Source of the DNA: Candidatus Saccharimonadota bacterium
GTDB lineage: Bacteria; Patescibacteriota; Gracilibacteria; Absconditabacterales; Absconditicoccaceae
NCBI GenBank assembly: GCA_965231145.1
Contig: OZ246420.1
Coordinates: 510,001-542,000, forward strand
DNA: 32,000 bases
Direction: 5' to 3'
Under the pieces are notes generated by a model. The model did no database searches. It was not told where the DNA came from and saw only the letters and a list, made by a program, of their open reading frames with translations. Position numbers and translations under genes: made by a program. This document shows positions 17,439 to 28,865 of this stretch, one piece after another. Positions within the stretch are counted from its first letter, which is position 1; every line of letters starts with the position of its first letter.

Positions 17439-18374
17439 ATGACAGCAATTTCTTTAGTTATCCCAATGTACAATGAAGAAAGGTATATTTGAAGATGCCT
17501 CGATTCGCTGATTGCACAAACAAGAAAAGATTTTGAAGTGATTCTCATTGACGATGGAAGCTCCGATAAGAGCATTGCTATAGCATCTGCGTATAAAGAA
17601 AAAATGGATCTTACTATCCTGGAGCAACAGCATGGATGACCAGGGAAAGCAAGAAACTGGTGAGCGACACTAGCGAAGTGATCTATACTTGTCTTTGTTG
17701 ATGCAGATATGGCGTTCGATGAAGCATATCTTGAAGAGCTTGTGAAGCCTATTGAATCATGAGAAGAAAAATGAACTGCTCATGGTCGAGAGTATATTGC
17801 AAATGAAGAACATCCTATCGCCAGAGCATATGGTATCATAAGACTTGCATATAACGAGAAAGAACCAAGGGGTGGCGTGTTCAGAGCGATCAAGAAAGAT
17901 ATTTTTCTCAGCAATGCGTGATACGACAATAGTCGCTACGCATTTGAAGATGATATGGCGCAAAAGATTGGTCAGGCTCTGTATGTTCCTACCGCTATTT
18001 GCTACCACAATAACCCTGAAGACTTTCACGAGATCTTTGCACACGAAGTCTGGATTGGAGAGTCTCTTATCGCTAAATGAATGTTAGTCGAGTATCTCAA
18101 AAAATATAGCCTCTATTTGATCACATTTGTCTTTGGTGTTATTGTGGTGAGTTTATGGGCTACAGCTATAGGTATTTCGATAGGAACGCTTTTGTTAGGT
18201 ATTGTATGTATGCTTGTTTTCCTTATAGTGCTTGTCAGCATAAAAAGAGCTCTCCTCGAGAGATATGTTTCGCATCTTCTCTATGTTCCACTTGTGCTTG
18301 TCACGAGATGAGCCGGATATATACGATGAATGGGACGTTATTTACTTACTCATAGATCGCACAAATGAAATTAA
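17439..18374 (+). CDS. GT2-family glycosyltransferase with C-terminal TM helices (311 aa)
   Basis: ISLVIPMYNEERYI[G]RCLDSL, ILIDDGSSDKS, QQHG[G]PGKARNW[G]A (TGA 17637-17639), FVDADM. It includes track ORF 18081..18311 in the same frame. Confidence 0.85.
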
Positions 18375-18901
18375 ATATTGGAGCAGGAACAGACATTCAT
18401 CCATGATATATCAATATGGATATTGTACAGCTGCCAGGGATTGATGTTATACACAACCTTGAAGAGGTACCATATCCGTTTGAGGACAATACATTTGATG
18501 AAATCTTTTGTTCTCATGTCCTGGAACATGTCTTCGATCTGCAAAAGACGATGAGAGAACTCGTGAGGATTTGTAAAAATGGAGCACTCATAAAAGTAAA
18601 GGTGCCGTATGTTTCAAATCCAAATGGCTGGGCTGATCCGACACATCATAGGCTCTTTAGTCTCAATAGTTTCTATTATTTCTCAAAGGAATGCTTCTAC
18701 AACGCGAACGATAAAGGTATGGATATCCAGGTTCTTAAAAAAAGGATTCATTTCTTTTCAAATGCGCAATACCTTAAATCTGACATTATTAATATCCTTC
18801 CTGATTTCTTCGTCAATCTGATCCCCAAAGTCTATGAAAGATTTTTCGCGTTCTGGTTTCCTTCAACAGAAATTCACTTTCTTCTCAAAGTAAACAAATA
18901 A
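18365..18901 (+). CDS. Class I SAM-dependent methyltransferase (178 aa)
   Basis: MKLNIGAGTDIHP[G]YINMDIV...PFEDNTFDEIFCSHVLEHV. It overlaps the upstream gene by 10 nt. Confidence 0.75.
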
Positions 18902-18931
18902 TCTCATGATTTATACGGTGTTGGTAATCAT

Positions 18932-19966
18932 ATGAAAATAGTAAATCCATCTCATCCACTCTACCTCAAGGCTTGTAAAAGAGAGTCTCAGTTTTGGAGT
19001 GGCGATACGGCATTGGAGTATGATCATATTCCCCAGAGAGTACAAGAGTATGAAAACATGAAAAGAACTGGGAATAAAGAAACTACTGATCTTTCATTTC
19101 TGCAGTCTCTTGGTACATTCCCACGTGGTCTTTCTATTGGTTCAGGATGAGGTAAATATGAGCTCAACCTTTTACAAAAAGGTATCGTAGAACATTTCGT
19201 ATTCATCGACATCAGCGAAAGTGCCCTCGTTATGTTAAAGCAAAATGCTGAAAAGCTTTGAGTTTCTGACAAAATAGAAACTCGTGTACAGGATTTCAAT
19301 TTTCTCTCGCTTCCTGAAAACAGCTATGATTTTGTCTGCTGCCAGAACATGCTGCATCATATTATCAACTTGGAAGAAGCCATAGATAGTATCAATCGTT
19401 CTCTTACGTCTACGGGTATCTTTGTCATCGATGAAGCTATCAGTGAAAACAAGATGTATCGATCGGATGCAAAGATGTCTTTTCTAGAAACGATACAGTC
19501 GCTACTCAGGGAGAAAGGAATTTCTACGAAGCCATATATTAGAACAAATCCCAAAGTTCTGACCAATACATGTCCTTTTGAGTGCGTAAGAAGCGCAGAT
19601 CTCTATGGTATTATTGATCACTATTTTCATGATACGGCGATCAAGCACATAGCATATAGTCCCCTCTTTTCTTTTTGGAATGGGCTCACCGACGATCTGA
19701 GTGACATGTATTTTGACATCCTTGAGGAGTTTGATACATTTGCCTCATCGCATCATTATGTACATCCAAATAGACTGTTCGGTATCTACAAAAAATCACA
19801 TATTCCACTGCTGCCTTCTACACCGTGGACCGAAAAAGAGATACAGGAATATATTGGCGTGACCGCGATAAATGAACGTAAACTCATGGAATTTTCACAA
19901 AAACTCCATAAAAAGTTTCCTGGAGTCTATAATTTTTTCAAACGTCTCTACTTTAAAATCAGATAA
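18932..19966 (+). CDS. Class I SAM-dependent methyltransferase (344 aa)
   Basis: Track ORFs 18932..19150 and 19349..19966 share one frame and are joined by TGAs. Motif I is GLSIGSG[G]GKYE. Motif CCQNMLHHI is also present. Confidence 0.75.
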
Positions 19967-19968
19967 CC

Positions 19969-20757
19969 ATGCACCCAGAGGTTTCCATCATCATCCTCAA
20001 CTACAACACCCCAGAACTAACGACTGCCTGCGTGCAGTCGGTCATTGCTCATACACACGATATTTCTTATGAGATTGTACTGATAGACAACGCTTCAAAG
20101 TCTGAAAGCAAAATATATTTTGATACACATCTTTCGAATATCCCTGAGTTACATATCCACTATAGTACTACCAATCGTGGCTTTGGAGGTGGAAATAACC
20201 TTGGATACAACCATAGCAAAGGTGAGTATCTTTTCTTCCTCAATAGCGATACGATCATCTATGAAAATTCTATAAAGATCCTTGCTGATGAGTATAAAAA
20301 GCATGAAGAACAAGTAAAAACAGGCTTTCTCGCACCAAGACTCTACTATGATCCTGCAAAGACTACCAAGCAAATATTTGGCACGAAAGTACCAACGTTT
20401 TGGGACGTTATGGTCTATAATATTCCAAAATTAAAAAAGATCTGGAAGAAAAAATATGATAGATTTCGTTATGCAGACCGAGATAGAGAAACTGATAAGG
20501 AAATAGGCAATGCATGAGGGCCTGTGTTTTTCTGTTCAAGAGCTTGCTTTGAGGATATCGGTAGATTTGATGAAAGATTTTTTCTCTATATGGAAGAGTT
20601 TGATACGGCTATGAGATTATATAAAAAATGATACCATAACTTTTATACAGCCAAGACTAGCATCGTTCATCTTGAAGACCAGTCTCCAAAAATAAAGCGA
20701 AAAAAGCTCAAGATCTCTTTAGAGAGTATGCTGAAGTTCTTCTGGAAGTATTTATAA
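19969..20757 (+). CDS. GT2-family glycosyltransferase (262 aa)
   Basis: VSIIILNYNTPELT, VLIDNASKS, TNRGFGGGNNLG, FLNSDT, then through TGA 20515-20517: [G]GPVFFCSRACFEDIGRFDERFFLYMEEFDTAMRLYKK[G]Y. Stop is TAA 20755-20757. Confidence 0.85.
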
Positions 20758-20761
20758 AAAA

Positions 20762-20791
20762 AAGCTTATTATCATAAGGGATAATAAGCTT
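20762..20791. terminator. 11-bp stem hairpin, probably a bidirectional terminator
   Basis: aagcttattat-N8-ataataagctt. An A8 run precedes it, which gives a strong T-run on the minus strand. The plus-strand tail is a weaker TTTCTTG. Confidence 0.5.
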
Positions 20792-20857
20792 TCTTGAGAA
20801 TGTGGGCTAATGTTAAGCGCCTACTGCAACTCACTCATCATAGTCGATTTCTTCTCT

Positions 20858-20927
20858 GTACTTCCATAAATCAATTCAGAAGCTCTGTTTCATAGTCTGG
20901 CGCTGCTCTCAAGCAGATTTTTTTATA
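20858..20927 (+). repeat. 3'-region repeat element, copy 1 (GTACTTCC ... CATAGTCTGGCG, then a short hairpin and T7 run)
   Basis: GTACTTCC at 20858-20865 and CATAGTCTGGCG at 20891-20902, followed by a 4-bp hairpin ctgc/gcag and a T7 run. The same two blocks with similar spacing occur on the opposite strand at 21961-22002. Confidence 0.35.
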
Positions 20928-20991
20928 CTAATAAATAATACTCTCATGACAATATTTCATAAATAAAATAGCTAAATATTATCAAAATATT

Positions 20992-21849
20992 TTAAAGCGA
21001 TGCAGTATCCTTAATTTTCAGCATGCGATTGGAAATAGCAAGATATGCTTTGAGGATTCTTTGTGATTTCGTTGCCATTATCATCCTCCAGACAATATTA
21101 GAAAGTGTTTTGACTCCTAATATCATAATTAAAGTGGCAACAGAATATCCTTCCTTACGATAAATAATATATTGCCGTCTTGCATTTGTAAAAATACTTC
21201 TACTCTTAAAGTTTTTGACCTCATGAATTCTGTAAATAAATACAGGTTGAGGTATCATGCGAATAGTGTACTTTCTCGTAAAACTTAAATGATAGTCCCA
21301 ATCAGCAAAAAGCCCAACTTTTTCATCAAAAAGAATGTCTTTATCAAAACGAAATAATGTTCATCAAAATCCAAGCGCATTATTATTCTTTAAGAAATCT
21401 TGATGAGATAGGTTATATGGATCCTTATATTTTATAGGCTTTTCTGAGATAAATTCGCCACGTGCATTGATATAATATCTCATTCCGCCTACTGCTCCTA
21501 TATCTTGTGAAGCATGTAGCTCACTATACAGTGCATACAAGCTATTATTATCATAAAATTTATCGTCATCCGAAAGGAAAATAATATATTTTCAGCGAGC
21601 TTTCTGTAAGCATTTATTTCGATTTGGCACCATTCATATATTTCTTTCGTTTTTATGGTATTTTATGTACGGATATCTTTTTATATAATCTTCTAACACT
21701 TCAGATATACTCATATCTTTGCTGTTATCTGTGATAATAATTTCGATATTTTTTTTATCAATACCTTGTTGCCTCAGGCAACTTTCTAAGCATTCAATAA
21801 TATACTCTTTACGATCGCACGTGGGGATAAGTATAGAAATTTCGTACAT
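20992..21849 (-). CDS. GT2-family glycosyltransferase (285 aa)
   Basis: ISILIPTCDRKEYI, IIITDNSKD, ERNI[G]MVPNRNKCLQKAR[G]KYIIFLSDDD. Track ORFs 21634..21849 and 20992..21258 share the frame. Stop is TAA 20992-20994. Confidence 0.85.
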
Positions 21850-21933
21850 CTATTCTTCGTTAAGGATAAATATATCATTAACTTGAAGAATGCACCGAAA
21901 CTACGCGCCGCAAGCGGACGTTTTTTTATAAAC

Positions 21934-22075
21934 AAAAAAGGCGACTAACTATCCTCAAGTCGCCAGACTATGTCACCCAGATGCCCCCAATGAAGGAAGT
22001 ACTAAGAAGAGAATGAGCTAATCGCCTTCTCTTGCATTAAGGGTATAAATATATCTGATTATAACATAGTCTGGC
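21934..22075 (-). repeat. 3'-region repeat element, copy 2, with a 12-bp perfect inverted repeat and a terminator
   Basis: The minus strand reads ...GTACTTCC (22002-21995)...CATAGTCTGGCG (21972-21961), then hairpin ggcgac/gtcgcc (21940-21964) and a T6 run. gccagactatgt (21962-21973) pairs with acatagtctggc (22064-22075). Confidence 0.4.
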
Positions 22076-22144
22076 ATATTTAGTATACAAAAAAGAACTA
22101 CCCGTGCAAGGTAATTCTTTTGCTGTATATCAGATAGCTAGCGC

Positions 22145-23002
22145 CTATTCTTTCCAAAAGTGACAGTCATGATCATCCACCCACTTGTGCTTGTTGAAGC
22201 CATATGAAGCCATAAGTTCCATGGTTTTATGTTTAGTCTCCGTACGAGGCATGATCTCAATAATCATATCTGTGTGCTTGATGTTCGATAAGAGCTCTTT
22301 CATCCCCTTCAGTACTTCGTATTCAAAGCCTTCTACATCCATGATGATCAGGTCAGGCTGTATTCATAATTCCAAGCTATCATATCTTTTGACTGGAACC
22401 TCTATATGTTTTTGGTTTTCAGTCTTACGATTTGAGTTATGAGCAATCATTTTAGAAGAGGCGTCGTTGTCACTCACATAGTCGAATAATGTCGTGCCAT
22501 CTTGTTCACCAAGACAGAAATTGTACAAATGCATCTTATCCTCTACTCCAGAAAGGATGCTATTGATCTTGAGTGTCTGAAATGTGTTTGGACTTGGCTC
22601 AAAACAGTATGATGTATATCAGTATTTTTTACTTAGTTCTATAGCAAATCTTCCTATGTGTGAGCCAATATTGAGAAATACTTTTTCTGACTTATGCGAG
22701 GTCTTCTTCACATTATGCTGTATGACTTCCTGTATTTCAGGTTCATAGTCTGGGATAAGCACTGTCCAGTGGTTGACCGTAGAACCAAGAAATGTTCCAA
22801 ATGGAGTATGAAAAATAAATGCTTTATGAAAAAGCTTATGTGTTTTTGAGACAAACTTCCAGAGAAGTCAGCCAGCAAGAGCATTACATGTATAGAGTAA
22901 TGCAAGTACAAGATACCTCCGCATAAAATCTATGCTTCCTGAGATCCTTATATATCGTGGTATTGAAGCTACTTTACTGAGTAATCTTTGTAATTTCTTC
23001 AT
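22145..23002 (-). CDS. FkbM-family methyltransferase (285 aa)
   Basis: ATG 23000-23002. VFLNIGSHIGRFAIELSKKY[G]YTSYCFEPSP and PDLIIMDVEGFEYEVL. There are 3 in-frame TGA-Gly codons. Stop is TAG 22145-22147. Confidence 0.8.
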
Positions 23003-23006
23003 GATC

Positions 23007-24059
23007 CTACAAATAAGTTAAAGTGGTAGTATAGACCTCATTGACCGAGATGGCATCCATCTCTGTTCATGTACACTGGGCAAAACTTCCATATGCGTCA
23101 TAACATTCAAATTTCATTTTCCAAATCCACTCCCCTGCATATTTTTCTGCTCTTGTATGATGCGGATACAGTCTCTGGGGATCAGTTGGTCATGCCATGA
23201 CAACAACCGGTACGCCTGCACATGCACTGAAATGCATAAAGCCGCTTTCCTGACAAACCATCACATCCATATAACTCATAGCATCTATGCTCTCCCTCAG
23301 CGAGAATTTTCCTGTCATATCATGATATCACGCATGGATCATATCCAATTTTCTATCGGTCGGTCAACCAAATGCGAACACATCGTATCCCTGATCAAGG
23401 AAATGCTTGATAAGAGTCTTCCATTTTTCCAATGGCCATCGTCTACAGTCACCGTTGCCATGGATGCTCTTTGAGATTTGATTTCCCCCACCCAGAGCGA
23501 TACCAATGCACTTTTTTTTCCACTGTGGACGCAGATGAGCAAAGAGTTCGTCTACTTTTTTACTTTGCATAGAAGCATACTCATATGATTGGTCATCGAG
23601 ATCTGGTTTTACTCCTATAAACTGACCAAGCTGGAGATAGTGCTCTACCTCTCTTCCCTGCTTGTCCCAGTAAAGTTTATGTGTCAGAAACTTTCCATCT
23701 TTCCCAAGCCTATCAAGACCTACTCTTTTCTGAAATCATGCGAGCTTTGCGATCAATCCAAAGATCCAGTGTCTATCGAGGATAACTATAGTTTTATAGA
23801 AGTAGTGTTGTCTTAGTTCACGAAGCTTCCGGATAAGCGATATCATACCGAGGATATTACGGATGGTCTTTTTTTCAAAAATCTTTTCGGCAAAGGTAAA
23901 CTGTTCGTCTATAGTAGCATTTCATTGTAATATAGCTGCTGATCTTTTTCCCACAAGATAGCCTACTTTTGCTCATGACATTTTTGTCTGCCTCAAAAGC
24001 GGCGTCGTCATGAGCACATCACCGATAGCACCTATTTTAAAGAAAAGAATCGACTGCAT
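23007..24059 (-). CDS. GT9-family glycosyltransferase (ADP-heptose-dependent heptosyltransferase-like, 350 aa)
   Basis: ILFFKIGAIGDVLMTTPLL, IALGGGNQ...RRWPLEKWKTLI, VCQESGFMHFSACAGVPVVVMA[G]PTDP. There are 7 in-frame TGA-Gly codons. It contains track ORF 23364..23570 in frame. Confidence 0.8.
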
Positions 24060-24063
24060 CTTA

Positions 24064-25260
24064 TTACTTCTGCTTATGAGTTAAGAAATCTTTATAGATA
24101 GAAAGAACTGTTTGTATACAATCATCCCATCTAAATACTTTAGGATGAATATGCTCAGGCTCTACAGTACCATCGAAATATCCTCTGATCGTATGTGCAA
24201 TCTGCTTTGAATTTCCTGGTTCAACAAACATAATCTCACCCGATACCACTTCCGGGATTGATGCAACATTTGTCGTAATAAGCGTCTTATGCATGGCACA
24301 GACTTCTGCGATAGCGAAGCCAAAACCCTCTGCCTGTGAAGGAAGCACGACAAGGTCTGCTGTCTGTATCCACTGTTTGAGGGTGTTCCATGGCGCTCCA
24401 GGTATATGAGTAATATGTGATTTATAATGCGTTAACATACCATCATATTGCTGTTCATCTATAGTAGAACGGATAAGCCCTGCTTTTTTTTTCGTATCCT
24501 GTGGTACGATCAATACAAACTGGATGTGCTTATTATTATCTATTACGCTTGGAATAGCCTGCAATACATCATCGAGTCACTTTGCAACTCATGGTCTTCC
24601 AAAGAACAAGACTATCTTCTTTTCACCAATATTATAATGTTCTCTCAGTGTATGTATTTCCTGATTTCATTTTGAATTCTGCTCTTTGAATTCTGAGTTA
24701 TTTCGGAAATCGTAATCAATAGCATTGTAGACTGTCATGAGTTTCTTGTCTGGCAGGCCATATACTATCCTCAGATTATTTTTCGTATAGTTTGAGACAC
24801 ATAGATACTTATCAAATGTGAAGCATTGAAAAATAATATCTTCAAGCAGACGAGAGAAGAATCCCATAGCACCGATAAAGCGATACCAAAGCTTTCCATA
24901 GATCTCATGCACATGCAGCACTGTAGGTATTTTCGTCAGTCTTCTTACGATACCTGCCGGGATCGCAGCCATAAATGTTGTCGCATGAATAAGATCAATA
25001 TGCTTATGATAACACAGCCAGTTTGCTTTTCTTAACCCATACCACATAAAGTCAAATCTTCCGTGTCCAACTCTATAAATTGTGCATCTTTCCGCATACT
25101 CTTCTTGTGCAGGTAACGCTTGATCATAACGCGAAGTGACGATAGACACTTCGTGTCACTCTGCGAGTACTCATTCGATGATTTTCGTAAAAAGCGTCTC
25201 TACTCAACCAATATGAGGAGCAAAGTACTCAAGCACGAAGAGAATATGTTTTTTATGCAT
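24064..25260 (-). CDS. GT4-family (group 1) glycosyltransferase (398 aa)
   Basis: ILFVLEYFAPHI[G][G... region, then LVVLPSQAEGFGFAIAEVCAMHKTLITTNVASIPEVV (EX7E-type motif). Track ORFs 24064..24564 and 24667..25149 are in one frame. Confidence 0.85.
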
Positions 25261-25984
25261 GACGCTTTTTTGACTGAAAGCGATAAATGAAAAGTGTTTT
25301 TATAGCAAGCCACCCATCGATAAACTTTATTTTCTTTCACTGAGTATGCTTTCTTGGATAGTAATGAATAGGTATCTCTCCATAAGAGTATCATCTTCTA
25401 AGCAATAACATAGTAGCTGCGGGTTCCCATGCAAAGTCATTTTCTTTTGGAGAGAGAAGGAGATTTCTGCACTTCTTATGATACATCTTATAGCAGGTCG
25501 GTTCATCAGTGACAAGTCTCAGGGCGAGAAGAGATGTAAGAAATGATACAGTAAGCCCACCGAAAAGAAATCAAAATGTAGAGTATTTCATACCAAACTT
25601 GCTGTAACCGCGAGTTCTGGATCCATAACAGATATCTAGATTCTTTTTTTCCATCTTCTGAAGCATGGGAATCAGATCGTGGGGCTCATATTCAAGATCA
25701 GAGTCCTGTATCACATAGACGTCACCTGTCGCTTTTGCTATGCCCTGCTTTATACTATATCCTTTTCATCCATTTGGATGTGAGATATAATGAGCTTTTC
25801 CTTCATATTCACTGAGAAATGTTTGTATAATATTTTCACTTTCATCTTTGCTTCCATCGTTAACAATGACAAGTTCCTTGTCATATCACAGATGGAAAAA
25901 ACTGAGCCTTGCGACTTTTGCAAGCAGCTCTCCCACATAACGCTGTTCATTGTATACAGGTATGATGATAGAGATTAATTTCAT
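25253..25984 (-). CDS. GT2 polyprenol-phosphate glycosyltransferase (DPM1/GtrB/CsbB-like, 243 aa)
   Basis: ISIIIPVYNEQRYV, VIVNDGSKDES, HPNG[G]KGYSIKQG, YVIQDSDLEY. TGA codons break it into pieces under 60 aa in the standard-code track. Stop is TAA 25253-25255. Confidence 0.85.
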
Positions 25985-26391
25985 GATTTCCTCGAGAAGT
26001 TAAAGTAATGGTTCATGACAAAGTTCCATACAAAGACTACTGCTTTTGCGACGATAGAACCAATCAAATAATGGATACCTCGTGTCTCTACTAGTCCCTG
26101 GAGGATAAGAAGATTTATCCCCAATCCGAGGAGTTGAAAGATCAGAAATACGAAAGCCTGTCTTCGATGCCTTCATGAGAAATCACGAAAGGTAAGGTAT
26201 TTCTGGAAGTAAAACCCACAGGTAAAGCTGATAACAAACGCAAGGGCTTGCGAGATAAGGTAATATATACCAAAAAAGTGTGTGAAAAACCAGAGGAAAA
26301 AGAGATCGATCAGCGCTGCGATCCCTCCCCCAATACCATATCTGATAAGTTTTGAGTTATGCCATATATTTTTACTCCGCTGCAACATCAA
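25975..26391 (-). CDS. GtrA-family membrane protein (138 aa)
   Basis: LIRYGIGGGIAALIDLFFLWFF...AKAVVFVWNFVMNHYFNF. TGA 26173-26175 joins the two halves. Confidence 0.8.
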
Positions 26392-27823
26392 AAAGCAATG
26401 CTGAGTAAGTAAAGAAAATGACTAGCACCATCGTAAATACTCTGTTTGACGTAGTTTGATCTAACACGAACTTATAGTTCTCTGTAAAGAGAAATACAGC
26501 GAGGAAAATAGCCAGGATAACTACTGGAGCGAGCAACAAGAACCATTTTTCTTTTGCTATTTTCTTGCGGTATACCAGAAGAGAAAGAGCAATAAAGAAC
26601 ATGAGAAGTGGTGCAATCGAGAAGTTATTCATAGACCACATAGACTTCCAGATAGCAGGCAATACTTCCCAGTGGATAGTAGAGGCTAAACCAAGTCATG
26701 CATCGGCACCTGCTGCCTGATTAAATCCTAAGTTATAATATGATTTGATAAATGTGAATGGCGCTATGAAAAAGAGCACAAGTACTATGATGAAAAGCCA
26801 TGTAGACTGTTTCTTAAAGATCTGTAAATACTCTCTGCTTTGTTCACGATAGATAAGCCCATAGATAACGAGCGCAATAAGTACGCCGACCATATAGACG
26901 ATAAATCCATCGTTCTTTATATATGAAAGCATACACAAAAACGAGATACCAAGGATGAAGTCGTGCTTATGACTACCATCTGCAAGCCATTGATAGAAGA
27001 AGATGATAGCTATGGCTGTATAGATTGCCGAAAGCATATCCATGTATCATTGTGTTGTATGCATGAAGATGAGCGGAAGCGAAACGATGATAGCAGGCCC
27101 TACAAGAGCTTTTAGCATATCTTTCGTACGCTCATAGACAAATGTCTTACTAACCCCAATAAACGCAACTACCGCAAGCCATGGAAAAATGTTTACATAG
27201 ATATCATTATATCCTCCCATGACATGAGAGACAAATGCTTGAAATGAAGGTATCATGAGTGGATATCCAAGTCTTGCTCTCGCCAGTATCTCGCCTACCT
27301 GTCCAAAGATCTTTATACCTCCATCGTAGAGTATGTTCATAACAGGAAGATGCCAGTTACCAAAAGCATCGTCTGCATAACTTGGGAAGTTTGTTACAAA
27401 GATGAAACTTGTTACGAGGAAAATAATGATAAGAAGAGAAAGTATGATAATTATAGCTTTTGAAAGCGCTGAACGCTGGTTCCAATTATGCTTGAGATCA
27501 TGCAGAGGGAAAACTATTTTGCATGAAACAGTAAGATCTTTAAGCTTCCATCCCTCAGTTCTCATTCTCACCATGAGAAGAATCAGCAATGCTACGACTA
27601 AGATAATATACGCAGCTCGATCTACACCAAAGCGGACAAACTGCAGAAGAAAAAGTCCATATCCAACAACAGCAACACCTGTAAACCAGCTTATGAGATA
27701 GAACATAGCACCACGAAGATGCTTACCGGCTAAGAGATGAAGAGCGATAACACCAGGGATGAGTGGAACAAGGATATATGCGAGCAGATGTCAGAGTAGC
27801 AGTCAAAGAGAAGTAGAAAACAT
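26372..27823 (-). CDS. Polytopic membrane protein, putative GT-C-fold glycosyltransferase (ArnT/PMT/YfhO-like, 483 aa)
   Basis: Track ORFs 27047..27706, 26696..27043 and 26372..26662 are one frame joined by TGAs, with the start at ATG 27821-27823. It has more than 10 hydrophobic helices and an acidic first-loop motif SYADDAFGNWH. It sits next to GtrA and the GT2. Confidence 0.6.
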
Positions 27824-28842
27824 TAGCGGCTTGTGTTATCAAATAAAATGAAGTTACTTCCTGTTAACAAAGGCGTTCATGTTTCACTATTTGGCATGGT
27901 GTTATAGAATAACTGGTAATCTGCCATAGATCATGTAAGTACCGGATCGCATGGACGTAAATAGACTGAATTCCAGTGTGCATCAAACGGCCAACTCATG
28001 TGTGACTTGGCATAGATAGTACATTTCTTTCATCTCCATGCATCTAGATCATCCAGAGAAAGAGTTTGTCTCACTTTGTTAGTAACGTTGATATAGTCTC
28101 CAAGATCAAAAAATACTTTTTGTTCATCCGTCGCCCATGTAAATGTCGTTAGACCAGTGTATGTCACGCGAATGTTGTCCATCATAAGTCTTATACCACC
28201 GATAATGATCACTCCTATCATGATAGCTCCAGTCATCATCACAAGCTTTTTGAGTCCAATATTTTTCATGCGGATCGCTCCGATCAATGCTGCGACGATA
28301 ACTACTATCAATGCAAAAAATGGCCATGACCATGCTCCTATCATCGGACCATAGCGAAGATTTATGCTGTAAGGAGCGAGTGTCTCAAGCTTAAGAAATT
28401 TATCCCATACCCAACTCAGTTTTGCACTCACTGTTCTGTTTTGTAGTTGTATTGTTACATTATTTACACGGAGTGGTCATGCGACAAGAAACACCACCTG
28501 TACACCCTCACTTGGAAGCTGTGCTGATGCTCTGTCATCGGCAAATATCCATTTGATAGGCTCAGTTGTACCTGCTGCAGGCTGCATCATAGCAGTATAG
28601 ATCTGCCCTCCGATAAGATATCCATATCCCCACAAACCTGTTCACGCTTGGGTTCCTCATGCTACTGACACCACATCAAAAGCTCATTTATCACCAAGGA
28701 GCATGACACATGTGCTTTGACATCGAAAGTTAACACCACTTCATGATTCGCTGTATTGATTGAATCCTTGCTGCTGGTAAGCAGCAGTATAGCTGGCTCC
28801 AAACGCCAATAGTCACACGAGTACGAGAAGATACTTTTTCAT
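27823..28842 (-). CDS. Hypothetical exported/membrane protein (signal peptide plus 2 TM helices, 339 aa)
   Basis: Starts MKKYLLVLV[G]LLAFGASY. It includes track ORF 28030..28431, continues through TGA 28030-28032 and ends TAATG-overlapped with the next gene (TAA 27823-27825). Confidence 0.6.
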
Positions 28843-28865
28843 GAGCATAATATATGATAAAAATT

